Source: Escherichia phage RB49 | Sequence record: NC_005066.1 | Reading direction: 5' to 3' (one strand) | DNA: 64,000 nt | Part shown: positions 11,353 through 24,876 of the stretch, piece by piece | How the letters are laid out: each line of letters begins with the position of its first letter | Numbering within the stretch: the stretch's first letter is position 1 | The notes under the pieces: model-generated | What the model saw: only the letters and a program-made list of their open reading frames with translations | Told to the model about the DNA's origin: nothing | Database searches by the model: none | Made by a program: the position numbers and the translations under genes

Positions 11353-11379
11353 ATACATCATAACATGAGGAATTAAACA

Positions 11380-12234
11380 ATGGCACAAGTTCCAAAGAAA
11401 AGAATAGACACAGGTACTGTCGGCAATCCATCGACTGGCGATATCTTATATGATGGCGGTAATAAAATTAACGATAACTTTGATTCAATATATGACGCAT
11501 TTGCGGATCAGCGGTTTAAAGACGTAGACCACGGCGTGGGAAGAATGGTTATTCATGCAACCGGATACTATCAGAAACATCCACGTCAAAGCTACGCTGG
11601 TTCCGCTGTTGAGATTGGGAGTCTACACGATATCGATACAACTCAAGGCGCACTTATTGCTATTCTACCTAAAGCAAAGGTCGGCGAGGGTGTTGTATTC
11701 ATAAATAGTAACGGTAGCCTTTCAACGACTACACCGCTCAATATTCGAACTCAAGCAGGTGATTCTATTAGCGGTTATTCCGGTGATGCTACAATAACAC
11801 AACCATTTTCAAAAGTCACTGTTTGGTGTACTGCCGTTGAAGGTAGTCGCGTAACATGGCGATTGGGTATCGAAAGTATGTTTACCGATACAACAACGCC
11901 ATTAGATAAAACAGTTAACGTAACTGGAGTAGCAACAAACGTTGCTATTGCCGCAAAAACAGAATACGTTTCCATCAAATTATTAACTACCGCTAGCAAT
12001 ACATCCGGTTCAAAAATGCGTTCAAGTGAAACGCTACTGATGATTGATTCTAAAGCCGGAAAAGTTTATGCGACGGAATATGCAGTTTTGCAGAAGACAG
12101 AAGATGAACTATACACGGTTCGTTATTTCATCGGTTCCGGCGATAAAGTATATGCAGAGTATAAGGCTACTGGCGAAAATATTCGTTTAGCAGTTAAAGC
12201 CGTAGACACTATTAAAATCGGGGTTGCTACATGA
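11380..12234 (+). CDS. 9: baseplate wedge tail fibre connector gp9
   Basis: 284 aa; N-terminus closely T4 gp9-like (DTGTVGNPSTGDILYDGGNKINDNF). Confidence 0.85.
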   Translation: MAQVPKKRIDTGTVGNPSTGDILYDGGNKINDNFDSIYDAFADQRFKDVDHGVGRMVIHATGYYQKHPRQSYAGSAVEIGSLHDIDTTQGALIAILPKAKVGEGVVFINSNGSLSTTTPLNIRTQAGDSISGYSGDATITQPFSKVTVWCTAVEGSRVTWRLGIESMFTDTTTPLDKTVNVTGVATNVAIAAKTEYVSIKLLTTASNTSGSKMRSSETLLMIDSKAGKVYATEYAVLQKTEDELYTVRYFIGSGDKVYAEYKATGENIRLAVKAVDTIKIGVAT

Positions 12235-14033
12235 AACAATTAATTAATATCGGTAACGTTGTTGATGACGGTACAGGTGATTATCTAAGAAAAGGCGGTC
12301 AAAAGATTAATGACAACTTTTCTGAACTTTATACTAAGCTGGGGGATGGTGATATCCCTCATGCATCCGGCGCGTGGAAAACTCACACACAACCAGTATT
12401 AAAACCAAATTTTGGTGATGCATGGGCGATTAATACAACGAACAACGCTGTTTCTGTTGAATTGCCTAAAGGAAGCGCGAGTGATTATAATAAAACAATT
12501 AAACTTCGTGATGTTTGGCGCTCATGGGCTGCACATAACGTAACATTGAAGCCAGCACAAGGTGATACCATTAAGGGATCTCCAATCGACCGTGAGTTGT
12601 ATAAAGATTTCATGGATGTTGAATTGGTTTATTGTGCGCCTGGACGTTGGGAATATGTCGAAAATAAACGAGTAGATACTATCACCACTTCCGATTTAAG
12701 CACAGTCGCTAAGGAAGTTTATATTGCAACCGAAGGACAAACAGACTTCCCCAATGTGTTTGGTTCCAATACTTACAATATTCGAAATGTTGAAGTGTAT
12801 TATCGCGGTAACTTGCTTTATTATGGCAAGGATTTAACCGATGATTCTAACTATGGTTCAATCGGTGAAAACGGTGATATTGTTCCTCTGGACGGTAAAA
12901 GCATTAAATTACGCTTCCCTTGTTCGGCGGGTGATACCATTCAAATCATCACTTATATGGACGGTATCGCATCCTTCCGGTCAAGCTATATTACTCATAC
13001 AATACGCGTTTATGAAACAGGAATGACCACTTTGGAATCCATCCCCGGTGAAGTTTGGGTTGGTGAACTAGCTAATAAGAAAGAATTTACTAATGCTGAA
13101 TTAGGCGTAAGTAAGCGAGATCTTATTAATCCAAATTCATTTGAATTGCTGATCAACGGCACACAAATGATTAAAGCGGGTGATGCGGATTTACCTTCCT
13201 TTATTTGTGAAGGTGCTGACGGTGAAACGGAAGAAACCTGCGTACTTGCTGGCGGTCAATGGGTGGAATCTGGGGAAGATTATTCATTGATGTTCGACGA
13301 AAACAGCGTGGTGACTGGTATTAAATTATCTAAAGCACTAGATAACCGAGATACTATCACAATTCGCTGGTTTAATAATGATATCGGAACATTAATGGAA
13401 TGGGACGGTGTAGGCGGTATTAAAGAAAAAGCAGATAAAATCTATCTTAATAACGAAGATGAAGTCACTCTGACAAATCGAATTGAATATACCGATTTCC
13501 AAAATCCAAGCCAAGCGACTAAACGCCCAATGGAAGATTATACAGGTCGTGTGATGGATATCTATTCCATATTCGATATTTTCTATCCTATAGGCACAAT
13601 TTATGAAAATGCGCATAACCCAGCTAACCCAGCGACCTATATGGGATTTGGTACATGGGTACGTTATGCAGAAAAAGAATTTTTAGTTGGTTGGTCTTCT
13701 GACGCAAGCGATCAAAACTTCGCACTAAACAACAACGATCTTGATACACATGGTCAACCTACACACACCGCAGGTGGTAACGGTGGTGATGTTGCATACC
13801 AGATCAAGAAAAATATGATTCCTGAATTACAGAGCGACGATCGAGTTCTTGTAAAAGATGATAATGGAAATATTATTATCGGTGGTTGTCAGGTAGACCC
13901 TGATGCAGTAGGTCCAGCGTTTACCAAATATCGCGAAGATAATGTTAAAGTTAATCAGGGAAATACCGACCCGTCAATGATTGGTATTCTTCCTCCATAC
14001 AGAACTGTCTATCGTTGGCTAAGGGTAGGTTAA
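12231..14033 (+). CDS. 10: baseplate wedge protein gp10
   Basis: 600 aa; synteny and size. Confidence 0.85.
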   Translation: MKQLINIGNVVDDGTGDYLRKGGQKINDNFSELYTKLGDGDIPHASGAWKTHTQPVLKPNFGDAWAINTTNNAVSVELPKGSASDYNKTIKLRDVWRSWAAHNVTLKPAQGDTIKGSPIDRELYKDFMDVELVYCAPGRWEYVENKRVDTITTSDLSTVAKEVYIATEGQTDFPNVFGSNTYNIRNVEVYYRGNLLYYGKDLTDDSNYGSIGENGDIVPLDGKSIKLRFPCSAGDTIQIITYMDGIASFRSSYITHTIRVYETGMTTLESIPGEVWVGELANKKEFTNAELGVSKRDLINPNSFELLINGTQMIKAGDADLPSFICEGADGETEETCVLAGGQWVESGEDYSLMFDENSVVTGIKLSKALDNRDTITIRWFNNDIGTLMEWDGVGGIKEKADKIYLNNEDEVTLTNRIEYTDFQNPSQATKRPMEDYTGRVMDIYSIFDIFYPIGTIYENAHNPANPATYMGFGTWVRYAEKEFLVGWSSDASDQNFALNNNDLDTHGQPTHTAGGNGGDVAYQIKKNMIPELQSDDRVLVKDDNGNIIIGGCQVDPDAVGPAFTKYREDNVKVNQGNTDPSMIGILPPYRTVYRWLRVG

Positions 14034-14034
14034 T

Positions 14035-14679
14035 ATGATTTCGAAAACACGTTCAAAAGCTAGTGTATTTTCCAGCGATGCGGCGTTTATTTCATACGAT
14101 CCAGGATCGAAAGATCCTGTTATCGGTGGTTCTCGTCCTATTGGTGGTGTTAATGTCGATCAATCAAGAAAAGGTTCCTATGTAAGCAACGTTCAATCTG
14201 CAATTGATGACCTTTATTCATTGTCAATGATCCGAATTGGTGATGTGTTGGTTACAACCAACTCAACTCCACCACAAGCCGCAGGACAGATTGAAACTCT
14301 GTCATTTTCTGGTTCTGTTAACAATCAGCATAATCCAGACGCAAACAAAGTATTAATTGATGTTTTGGGTTATCCATTTATTGTTGATGTTGGGTCTTCC
14401 GGCGTTTCTCTATGTGAGAAAGTAACGGAAAAATTTACCGAACTAATGAATAAAAACATTATGTTCAAAGAAGTAAAAAGAAAAGGAAGTAGCAACGACC
14501 AATTAGAAATTCACTATATCGATTCTCTTGAACACCCACCAACCGATATTAACAAGTACGGAATTACAATTACAGGAAATGTTGATTCTCCTGCTCGTGT
14601 TGGTTATGGTTCATGGTCTCGAATGGGTACAGAAGAGAAATTTGGAACTACCCTATATTATTTCAAACGTATTGCATAA
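14035..14679 (+). CDS. 11: baseplate wedge protein gp11
   Basis: 214 aa; synteny and size. Confidence 0.85.
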   Translation: MISKTRSKASVFSSDAAFISYDPGSKDPVIGGSRPIGGVNVDQSRKGSYVSNVQSAIDDLYSLSMIRIGDVLVTTNSTPPQAAGQIETLSFSGSVNNQHNPDANKVLIDVLGYPFIVDVGSSGVSLCEKVTEKFTELMNKNIMFKEVKRKGSSNDQLEIHYIDSLEHPPTDINKYGITITGNVDSPARVGYGSWSRMGTEEKFGTTLYYFKRIA

Positions 14680-14690
14680 GGTGATGTATA

Positions 14691-16091
14691 ATGGCAAACA
14701 ATACTATTAACCATGTAAAAGACGATGCTCAATACGTCAAGTTTAACCCTGTAAATGATTGGCCTCAAAGCATTACCAACGTACAAGCGGCTTTAGCCGC
14801 TATTAATGGCTTTGCCGTAAATGGATTACCGGACGCTACGGAAGATACAGCCGGGATCGCTGCAATCGCAACTCAGGAAGAAGTAAACGACGGGACAGTA
14901 GACAATAAGATCGTGACTCCAAAAACACTGGCTGTTAAAATGTCACGTCCAGATGCTACAAAAGAAGTAAAAGGCATTACCCGATTTGCCACGATGGAAG
15001 AATCGCTGCAAGAGAGCAACGAGAACATGGCAATCGGTCCAGACACACTAAACCATTACTTCACCACTAAAAAGGCGTCAGAGAGCGTTCAGGGGACTAT
15101 TAAGATATGTTCTCTTGAGGCGGCAAAGATTGGCAGTGATGACACAATGGCAGTAACACCGAAAAAGATGCACACTGCCATTGCACAGATTGTACCGGGA
15201 TTAATTCCAGATCAAAACACAGCAACAGAAAGCGCACAGGGTTTAGTTCAGTTAGCAACTAATGCGCAGGTTTTACAAGGCCAGATTCGAGAAGGTTTTG
15301 CAATTAGTCCTTATGCATTTGCAAATGCTCGCGCCAATGAGAATCAGGCGGGTACTGTTAAGATCGCCAGCCAGTCACAGATGAATGCTGGTTCAGATGA
15401 TACTGTAGTTGTTTCTGCTAAGAAGTTTGCAAGCACTAAGGCAACAACGTCTCAATACGGTATTGTTAAACTACGAGACACCGTGGGAAGTGAGGCTAAC
15501 GCTGCATTATCAGCAAATGCTAAGGTTCTTCCGAGCACTGGCGGTACGGTAAGCGGAAACGTCTATAAAGGTTCTAACTCAGACGGCAACCAGTTTGTTA
15601 CTAAAAATGAATTAGCGAATCACGCAATGCCAATTGGTGGTATTATCCTTTCTGGATTCAATGCGGATCGCGGCGACTTTCTGATCTGTAATGGTCGTTC
15701 ACTGAATAAAAATCAATATCCGCAATTATTTTCTGCGATTGGTTATACCTTTGGTGGTTCAGGTGACAATTTTAACCTTCCTGATATGCGCGGTTTAGTT
15801 GCTCGTGGTTGCGATCATGGAAGAAACCTTGATCCAGGTCGTCGATTTGGTTCTTATCAAGAAGACGCAATGCAGAGAATTACTGGTAAATTCCCTGTAG
15901 CTGACCGCTGGCGCGGTTGGTATGGTGGCGCATTTACTGCACAGCGCGGTCAATGGAGCACGAACTATAAAAACGGTGGTGGTGATGATTGGGGTACTAC
16001 TGTTAACTTTGACTCAGGAAGATCCGTAAGAACGGCTAACGAGACTCGCGTCAAGAGTCTGGCATTAAACTATATCATAAGGGTGCGCTAA
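14691..16091 (+). CDS. 12: short tail fibre protein gp12
   Basis: 466 aa; N-terminus T4 gp12-like (VKFNPVNDWPQSITNVQAALAAI); C-terminal receptor-binding region. Confidence 0.85.
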   Translation: MANNTINHVKDDAQYVKFNPVNDWPQSITNVQAALAAINGFAVNGLPDATEDTAGIAAIATQEEVNDGTVDNKIVTPKTLAVKMSRPDATKEVKGITRFATMEESLQESNENMAIGPDTLNHYFTTKKASESVQGTIKICSLEAAKIGSDDTMAVTPKKMHTAIAQIVPGLIPDQNTATESAQGLVQLATNAQVLQGQIREGFAISPYAFANARANENQAGTVKIASQSQMNAGSDDTVVVSAKKFASTKATTSQYGIVKLRDTVGSEANAALSANAKVLPSTGGTVSGNVYKGSNSDGNQFVTKNELANHAMPIGGIILSGFNADRGDFLICNGRSLNKNQYPQLFSAIGYTFGGSGDNFNLPDMRGLVARGCDHGRNLDPGRRFGSYQEDAMQRITGKFPVADRWRGWYGGAFTAQRGQWSTNYKNGGGDDWGTTVNFDSGRSVRTANETRVKSLALNYIIRVR

Positions 16092-17860
16092 TGATTGAAC
16101 AATTAAACATCCACGAGATCCCACATGTTGACGGTGTACCAAGCGAAGGACAGCACCGTATTATTTGGATCAAGAATGGCGAATGTTTAAGCGCAGCAAC
16201 GACACAGACTGGCAATGACGGGACGCTTAACCGCGCCCCGGTTGCAATTCAAGAAAACGTTGCACGCGTAAACGAAAACGCAAAATCAACCGTCGCTAAA
16301 GTTAACGAGGTTGTAACGGCGGTTAACGATATTAAAACAACTTTAGGGGTCATTTCTGACGGAAGTATCATTGATGTGGTTAACCAGACTGTCGCAAAAG
16401 TTGAATCCGTCGAAGAGAACTTAGGAGAAACAGCAAGAACTCTACAAACAACGGTAGACGCTGTATCAGAACTTAACATCAAGATTGGTGATCGCCCCGC
16501 TGCCGATCCGAGCACAAGAACAATCTATGATGACATTTCTTTCATCAAACAAGAAATGGGTTCTTATCCTAACTTTAATATCAATGGTTCCCCTGATGCT
16601 GGCAGTTCCGGTTCTGGCATCAAATACCGAGTTATTCAGAATACCGCAGCATTAAATGACCACGGTCGCCGAATCGTTCAGCTTGAAAACGACTGGCAAG
16701 ATTCTGACGTAGGCGAGTTAACAAGACAAGTTAACAAAATGCGCAGTGAGATCGGCGACACGTCTCTTGCAACACAAGAAAATGTGTATGTTCGTCTCCG
16801 CACCAACGCAAGAAATATTGCTAACTTATCAAACGAAGTTCTAGAAGTCAAGAAAGCAATTTTGTTTGATTCAATCCCTGATATCGGGACTAAAGTCACT
16901 ACGCTGGGAACTAATTATGAACTTCTAAACAATGATGTTAATGGTGTAGATTCCGGTATTCGTCCTCGTCTTCTGGCTGTCGAGAATAAGATCGGAACGC
17001 CTCAATCGGCTGGAAGCATTGATTATCGATTAACCAACACAGAGCGAGAATTTTTAGATCTTAAACAGGTTGTTGGTGTAAGCGGTGCTGACGGTTTGCG
17101 CGGTGAAGTTGTTCGACTTTCCAATGAGATTGGCACTGACAGCGATCGACATACTCTAGCCGGACGTATTAAAGTTGTAGAAAACACTCAGGGTCGGTTA
17201 GAAGCAAGCGTACAGGACATGGAACAGATTGTAGGTGATCGCGAATCAGGTTTGACCGCTGGCGTTATTAAACTATCAAGTGATATCTATGGTGATGATG
17301 GTTCAGAAGATCCATTTACTCAGAAAGGCGTGATTAAAATCGTCAAAGAGCTACAAACATCTAACGGAAACAAAGTAGATGATGTACCTGATGACGGTTT
17401 CCATTATCTTCGTAAGCGCGGAGAATGGGTGCAAGTTGCATATGCTGCTGGAGCATTTAAAAATACCGCAGATATTACGGTTGAACTTGACGAACAGGAT
17501 GTTTATAAACCGATTCCACTTAACGACATGGCGGAAGAAGTTAATGCGCGTCAAATGGTGAAAAGTGAATCTGTTGTTACCGTTCAGGACAAAGGTTTAT
17601 TCCGTTGTGTATTCCGTTGTGCTGTACAAGCTCAACATAATGCAACATTCATTGTTGCGATTTTCAAAAATGGACAGATGGTACATGAAGCGAAAAATGG
17701 TCATTACGGCACAGACGAATTGATCAGCTATTCTACCAGTGCTTTCCTAAATATTGAAAATGGCGATCAGATTAACATCCGTATTAAGGGTGTATCTGCC
17801 GAAGCAGTAGCACAGCCAGTACAAATTAAAGAGTTCCTCTTTGGGATTTCTCCGGTATAA
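16091..17860 (+). CDS. wac: fibritin (whisker/neck protein) with extra C-terminal globular domain
   Basis: 589 aa; N-terminus T4 wac-like (VDGVPSEGQHRIIWIKNGE), long coiled-coil segments, foldon-like YLRKRGEWV, then about 125 further residues. Confidence 0.8.
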   Translation: MIEQLNIHEIPHVDGVPSEGQHRIIWIKNGECLSAATTQTGNDGTLNRAPVAIQENVARVNENAKSTVAKVNEVVTAVNDIKTTLGVISDGSIIDVVNQTVAKVESVEENLGETARTLQTTVDAVSELNIKIGDRPAADPSTRTIYDDISFIKQEMGSYPNFNINGSPDAGSSGSGIKYRVIQNTAALNDHGRRIVQLENDWQDSDVGELTRQVNKMRSEIGDTSLATQENVYVRLRTNARNIANLSNEVLEVKKAILFDSIPDIGTKVTTLGTNYELLNNDVNGVDSGIRPRLLAVENKIGTPQSAGSIDYRLTNTEREFLDLKQVVGVSGADGLRGEVVRLSNEIGTDSDRHTLAGRIKVVENTQGRLEASVQDMEQIVGDRESGLTAGVIKLSSDIYGDDGSEDPFTQKGVIKIVKELQTSNGNKVDDVPDDGFHYLRKRGEWVQVAYAAGAFKNTADITVELDEQDVYKPIPLNDMAEEVNARQMVKSESVVTVQDKGLFRCVFRCAVQAQHNATFIVAIFKNGQMVHEAKNGHYGTDELISYSTSAFLNIENGDQINIRIKGVSAEAVAQPVQIKEFLFGISPV

Positions 17861-17866
17861 GAAATT

Positions 17867-17890
17867 AAAGGGGCGTTAAGCCCCTTTTTC
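17867..17890 (+). terminator. intrinsic terminator after wac
   Basis: hairpin AGGGGC-GTTAA-GCCCCT followed by TTTTT. Confidence 0.6.
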
Positions 17891-17906
17891 GTTTATAGGT
17901 GATATT

Positions 17907-18839
17907 ATGTCAGGATATGTAACCAATAACCCAAGAGAATTAAAAGACGCTATTCTGCGTCGTTTAGGCGCACCAGTAATTAACGTAGAAGTAACAGAAG
18001 ACCAGATTTACGATTGTATTCAGAGAGCACTAGAACTCTATGGGGAATATCATTTCGATGGTGTGAATAAAGGATATAAAGTATTTCGTGTTAGTGCAGA
18101 GCAAGCGCAACACGGGGTATTTGATTTAAGCGATTCTGGTGTATTTGCAGTAACTAAAATAATTCGAACAAACGTAGGTAGCGCGGCTACGATGGATGGT
18201 ACTGCCGTTTATCCGTGGTTCACCGACTTTCTGTTGGGTTTAGCGGGTGTAAATGGCGGTTTAGGATCTGGCTGTAGTAAATTTTATGGTCCAAATGCAA
18301 TGGGTGGTGATCTAGGATATTTCGAACAGCTTATGAGCTATAGAGCCACTATGCAAAATATGCTCAATCCGCTGCCAGATTATTGGTATAACAGCGCAAA
18401 CGGACAACTTAAGATAACAGGAAACTTCCGAGAAGGTGATCTCATTGTTGTTGAATTATATGTTAAAAGCTATGTAGACGTTCCTGATATGATCGGCGCG
18501 GTTGCTGGTTATGCTCATGCGGGAGGATGTTCTACCGCTGGCGGGATTAGCGCCGTTTATGATAATCCAACTGCTGGTTTAAGCGGGATTGTTGCTGGCA
18601 TGGGACCGATCAGTGAGAACAAGCAGGGCGCATATAATAACCGTTGGGTTAAAGACATGGCAACCGCTTTCACTAAGGAGGTGTGGGGGTCCATCATGGC
18701 TAAACATCAAGGTCTGCAATTACCCGGCGGTGTCACTGTTGATGGTATCCGAATCATTGAAGAAGCACGCGCCGACATAGAGAAATTGCGACAAGAACTA
18801 GAATTATTAGATCCTCCGTTCGGCATCCTCATGATTTGA
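17907..18839 (+). CDS. 13: neck protein gp13
   Basis: 310 aa; synteny and size. Confidence 0.85.
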   Translation: MSGYVTNNPRELKDAILRRLGAPVINVEVTEDQIYDCIQRALELYGEYHFDGVNKGYKVFRVSAEQAQHGVFDLSDSGVFAVTKIIRTNVGSAATMDGTAVYPWFTDFLLGLAGVNGGLGSGCSKFYGPNAMGGDLGYFEQLMSYRATMQNMLNPLPDYWYNSANGQLKITGNFREGDLIVVELYVKSYVDVPDMIGAVAGYAHAGGCSTAGGISAVYDNPTAGLSGIVAGMGPISENKQGAYNNRWVKDMATAFTKEVWGSIMAKHQGLQLPGGVTVDGIRIIEEARADIEKLRQELELLDPPFGILMI

Positions 18840-18875
18840 TTTATTGGGGGAGTATTCCCCCATTTGGAGTAACAT

Positions 18876-19616
18876 ATGTTTAACAACACTCTTTTTGCTC
18901 GCCTTGAATCGCAAAAGGATTATGAGAATACACGACAAACAGAGATTCTTAATCCTTATGTGAACTTTCACAAATATACAAATACTCAGACGTTAGCCGA
19001 CGTTATGGTCGCCGAAGCTATTCAGATGCGAGGTGTAGAATTATATTACATCCCTCGTGAATTTGTCAAACCAGATATGATCTTTGGTGAGGATGTTCAA
19101 AGCAAATTTACTAAAGCATGGAAATTTGCGGCTTATATTAACTCATTTGATGGGTATGAAGGAGCGGGTAATTTCTTCTCTAGTTTCGGGTATCAAGCTA
19201 ATGATGAACTAACTTTTACGGTTAACCCCAACCTATTCAAACATCAAGTAGATGATCAAGAGCCAAAATCAGGTGACTTAATTTATATTCCAATGAGTAA
19301 TGATTTATTTGAAATTAATTACGTTGAGCCATATCAGCCGTTTTTTCAGGCTGGCAAAAATGCCATGCGTAAAATTATTGCAGAGAAATTCGTGTATAGC
19401 GGTGAGGAATTGCGACCAGAATTACAACGCAATGAGGGAATTAATGTTGATGAGTTTGCGGATCTGGATCTTGCACCGATCACTAATCTGGACGGGTTAA
19501 CAGATATCAACTTAGATCAGTACAAAGAAGATAAGCAATTCAGAAGCGAAGGACAAGATTTTATTGATCCGTTTGATCCTATTAATGGCAAGGGTTCACC
19601 TTTCGCCGATTTTTGA
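18876..19616 (+). CDS. 14: neck protein gp14
   Basis: 246 aa; synteny and size. Confidence 0.85.
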   Translation: MFNNTLFARLESQKDYENTRQTEILNPYVNFHKYTNTQTLADVMVAEAIQMRGVELYYIPREFVKPDMIFGEDVQSKFTKAWKFAAYINSFDGYEGAGNFFSSFGYQANDELTFTVNPNLFKHQVDDQEPKSGDLIYIPMSNDLFEINYVEPYQPFFQAGKNAMRKIIAEKFVYSGEELRPELQRNEGINVDEFADLDLAPITNLDGLTDINLDQYKEDKQFRSEGQDFIDPFDPINGKGSPFADF

Positions 19617-19642
19617 TAAATACTCATAAACAAGGGGGTCAA

Positions 19643-20476
19643 ATGTTCGGTTGGCACTATAATTCGTCAATTAGAAGGTATATTGTATTGCTGGGTAATT
19701 TATTCTCCGGCGTACAAATTAAAAGGGTGCGTAGTGACGGTGAGCGGTTTATTAAAGTTCCTATCACCTACGCAAAGAAAGAAAAATTCATGATGAGTCT
19801 GGACAAATATAACAATATCTCAAGTGAGGAAGACGTAGCAAAGGTAGAAACTATTTTACCGCGTATGTGTCTTTCTTTGATTGATATGACATACGCCCAG
19901 AACTTTAAAACAAATATTGCAAATAAGACAGTACCAAAATATACGGCTGATGGAATCAGGAGTGTGACACAATATAATCCTGTACCATATAAGTTTACTT
20001 TCGAGTTAGGGATTTATACGCGTAACGAAGATGATATGTTTCAGATAATTGAACAGATTCTTCCTTACTTCCAGCCTCATTTTAACTGTAAGATTAAAGA
20101 ACTACACGGTAATGATGTATGGATTGATCGAGATATTCAGGTCACAATTAGTTCTATTACTCCAGATGAACAGGTAGGCGAAGATAAGTTTTCTCGTCGT
20201 CGTCTTGAGTGGACTATTATGTTCGAATTTATCGGGTTTATATATCCTCCCGCTACCGACGTTAAGGGGGAAATTAGAACGATTTATCTTGATTTTCATG
20301 CCAATTCTCGTGAATTGAATCCTAGCGGTAATTTTGAATCAGTGGATCACGAGGTCGTTAAACGTGACGTCGAGCAAGAAGATTGGGACGGAACAATCAA
20401 AGAATCATATTCTAGTGATATTCCAATACCAGTTGCACCAACTCCACCGGGTCCACGTATTGTAAGAGAATTTTAA
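19643..20476 (+). CDS. 15: tail sheath stabiliser/tail completion protein gp15
   Basis: start placed at MFGWHYNSS (T4 gp15-like N-terminus) after GGGGG RBS; ORF track starts 30 nt earlier. Confidence 0.85.
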   Translation: MFGWHYNSSIRRYIVLLGNLFSGVQIKRVRSDGERFIKVPITYAKKEKFMMSLDKYNNISSEEDVAKVETILPRMCLSLIDMTYAQNFKTNIANKTVPKYTADGIRSVTQYNPVPYKFTFELGIYTRNEDDMFQIIEQILPYFQPHFNCKIKELHGNDVWIDRDIQVTISSITPDEQVGEDKFSRRRLEWTIMFEFIGFIYPPATDVKGEIRTIYLDFHANSRELNPSGNFESVDHEVVKRDVEQEDWDGTIKESYSSDIPIPVAPTPPGPRIVREF

Positions 20477-20489
20477 GAGGTATTTTATT

Positions 20490-22807
<2,318 letters not shown>

Positions 22808-22841
22808 ATACGATAATGCATAAAAAGATGAGGAAATTCTA

Positions 22842-24842
22842 ATGACTCTATTATCACCGGGTTTCGAAACGAAAGAAACTACTCTCTCCACTACCATTGT
22901 GCAATCTGAGACTGGTCGCGCGGCACTGGTAGGTAAATTCCAATGGGGTCCAGCTTTCCAGATTATTCAAGTAACTAATGAAGTTGAATTAGTTAATAAA
23001 TTTGGTCAGCCGGATAATAACACCGCAGACTATTTCATGAGCGGGGCTAACTTCCTCCAGTACGGTAATGATCTGCGTGTTGTTCGTGTATTGAATAAAG
23101 AAAAAGCGAAAAACGCAACCGCACTGGCTGGTAACGTCGAGTTTGAAATCACAAACGAAGGTTCAAACTATGAAGTAGGCGATACTATCAAGATTAAACA
23201 TAACCGTCAAGATATTGAAACGGCGGGTAAAGTAACTAAAGTTGATGGTGATGGTAAAGTTAAGGGCGTATTTATCCCAACTGGTAAAATTATCGCTCAC
23301 GCTAAAGCAATCGGTGTATATCCAGAACTCGATGGCGGTTGGACGGCAGAGTTCACTTCTTCGTCAGGTAACGGTAGTGCGGCGCTGTCAGTAACTAAAA
23401 TTGTCACTGATTCCGGTCTTCTGTTAACGGATCTGGAAACTTCCCGCGCCAATATCACAAATCAAACTTTCTTGACTAAACTCAAGAAATATGATATGCC
23501 AGCGGTAAGCGCGATCTATGCTGGTGAGATTGGAAACTCGCTGGAAGTTGAAATTCTGGCGCGTAGTGCGTTTAAGAACACTGCACCGGATCTGACCATG
23601 TATCCTTATGGTGGCGAGCGCACCGCAGCACGCAACCTGATTCCATATGCACCGCAGAATGATAATCAATATGCATTTATTGTTCGTCGCGATGGTGTTG
23701 TGGTAGAATCCTATGTACTGTCTACTCTGAAAGGGGATAAAGACGTATATGGCAATTCTATCTACATGGACGACTTCTTTGCTCGCGGTTCTAGCCAGTA
23801 CATCTATGCAACCGCTCAAGGGTGGGTAGATGGTTTCAGTGGTATTATCTCTCTTGCTGGTGGTGTTTCTGCTAACGAAGCAACGACTGGTGGAGTTGGT
23901 GCTGATCCGTTCATCGGTGCGATGATGCAAGGTTGGGATCTGTTTGCTGAACGAGAATCTATTCACGTAAACCTGTTGATCGCTGGTGCATGTGCTGGCG
24001 AAGGCGATGCGTTCTCTACCGTACAGAAACATGCTGTTTCCATCGGTGATGAGCGTCAGGATTGCTTAGTAATGGTTTCTCCGCCGCGTAGCACTGTTGT
24101 TAATATTCCGGTGACTACCGCAATTGATAACCTGATTGCATGGCGCGAAGGTTCAGGAAACTATAATGAAAACAACATGAACATTAATACCACTTACGCG
24201 GTTATTGATGGTAACTACAAATATCAGTATGACAAATACAACGACGTAAACCGTTGGGTTCCGTTGGCTGCTGATATTGCTGGTTTGTGCGCTCGTACTG
24301 ATGCTGTATCCCAGCCGTGGATGAGTCCGGCAGGTTATAACCGTGGTCAGATCATGAACGTGGTTAAACTGGCAATTGAGCCTCGCAAGGCGCACCGCGA
24401 TCGTCTGTATCAGGCCGCAATTAACCCGGTGATCGGTGCTGGTGGTGAAGGGTTTATCCTGATGGGTGATAAAACCGCTACGACTGTTCCCAGCCCGTTT
24501 GACCGCATTAACGTTCGTCGTCTGTTTAACATGCTGAAAAAGAATATCGGCGATTCAAGCAAATACAAACTGTTTGAAAACAACGATAACTTTACTCGCG
24601 CTTCCTTCCGTATGGAGGTTTCGCAATATCTCAGCACGATTCGCTCTCTGGGTGGCATTTATGACTTCCGAGTACAATGCGACACCACGAATAACACGCC
24701 GGATGTAATTGATCGTAACGAATTTGTTGCTAGTATGTTCATCAAACCAGCAAAATCGATCAACTATATCATGCTCAATTTCACTGCTGTTGCAACTGGT
24801 TCTGATTTTGACGAAATTATCGGTCCAGCTAACCAGGCATAA
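22842..24842 (+). CDS. 18: tail sheath protein gp18
   Basis: 666 aa; synteny and size. Confidence 0.9.
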   Translation: MTLLSPGFETKETTLSTTIVQSETGRAALVGKFQWGPAFQIIQVTNEVELVNKFGQPDNNTADYFMSGANFLQYGNDLRVVRVLNKEKAKNATALAGNVEFEITNEGSNYEVGDTIKIKHNRQDIETAGKVTKVDGDGKVKGVFIPTGKIIAHAKAIGVYPELDGGWTAEFTSSSGNGSAALSVTKIVTDSGLLLTDLETSRANITNQTFLTKLKKYDMPAVSAIYAGEIGNSLEVEILARSAFKNTAPDLTMYPYGGERTAARNLIPYAPQNDNQYAFIVRRDGVVVESYVLSTLKGDKDVYGNSIYMDDFFARGSSQYIYATAQGWVDGFSGIISLAGGVSANEATTGGVGADPFIGAMMQGWDLFAERESIHVNLLIAGACAGEGDAFSTVQKHAVSIGDERQDCLVMVSPPRSTVVNIPVTTAIDNLIAWREGSGNYNENNMNINTTYAVIDGNYKYQYDKYNDVNRWVPLAADIAGLCARTDAVSQPWMSPAGYNRGQIMNVVKLAIEPRKAHRDRLYQAAINPVIGAGGEGFILMGDKTATTVPSPFDRINVRRLFNMLKKNIGDSSKYKLFENNDNFTRASFRMEVSQYLSTIRSLGGIYDFRVQCDTTNNTPDVIDRNEFVASMFIKPAKSINYIMLNFTAVATGSDFDEIIGPANQA

Positions 24843-24876
24843 TCAGTAAATTAGCATAGATTAAAAGTTAAATCAA

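Noticed and set aside
23424-24032. 202 aa minus-strand ORF
   Set aside because: Lies wholly inside tail sheath gene 18 on the opposite strand; no RBS; antisense artefact of a long gene.
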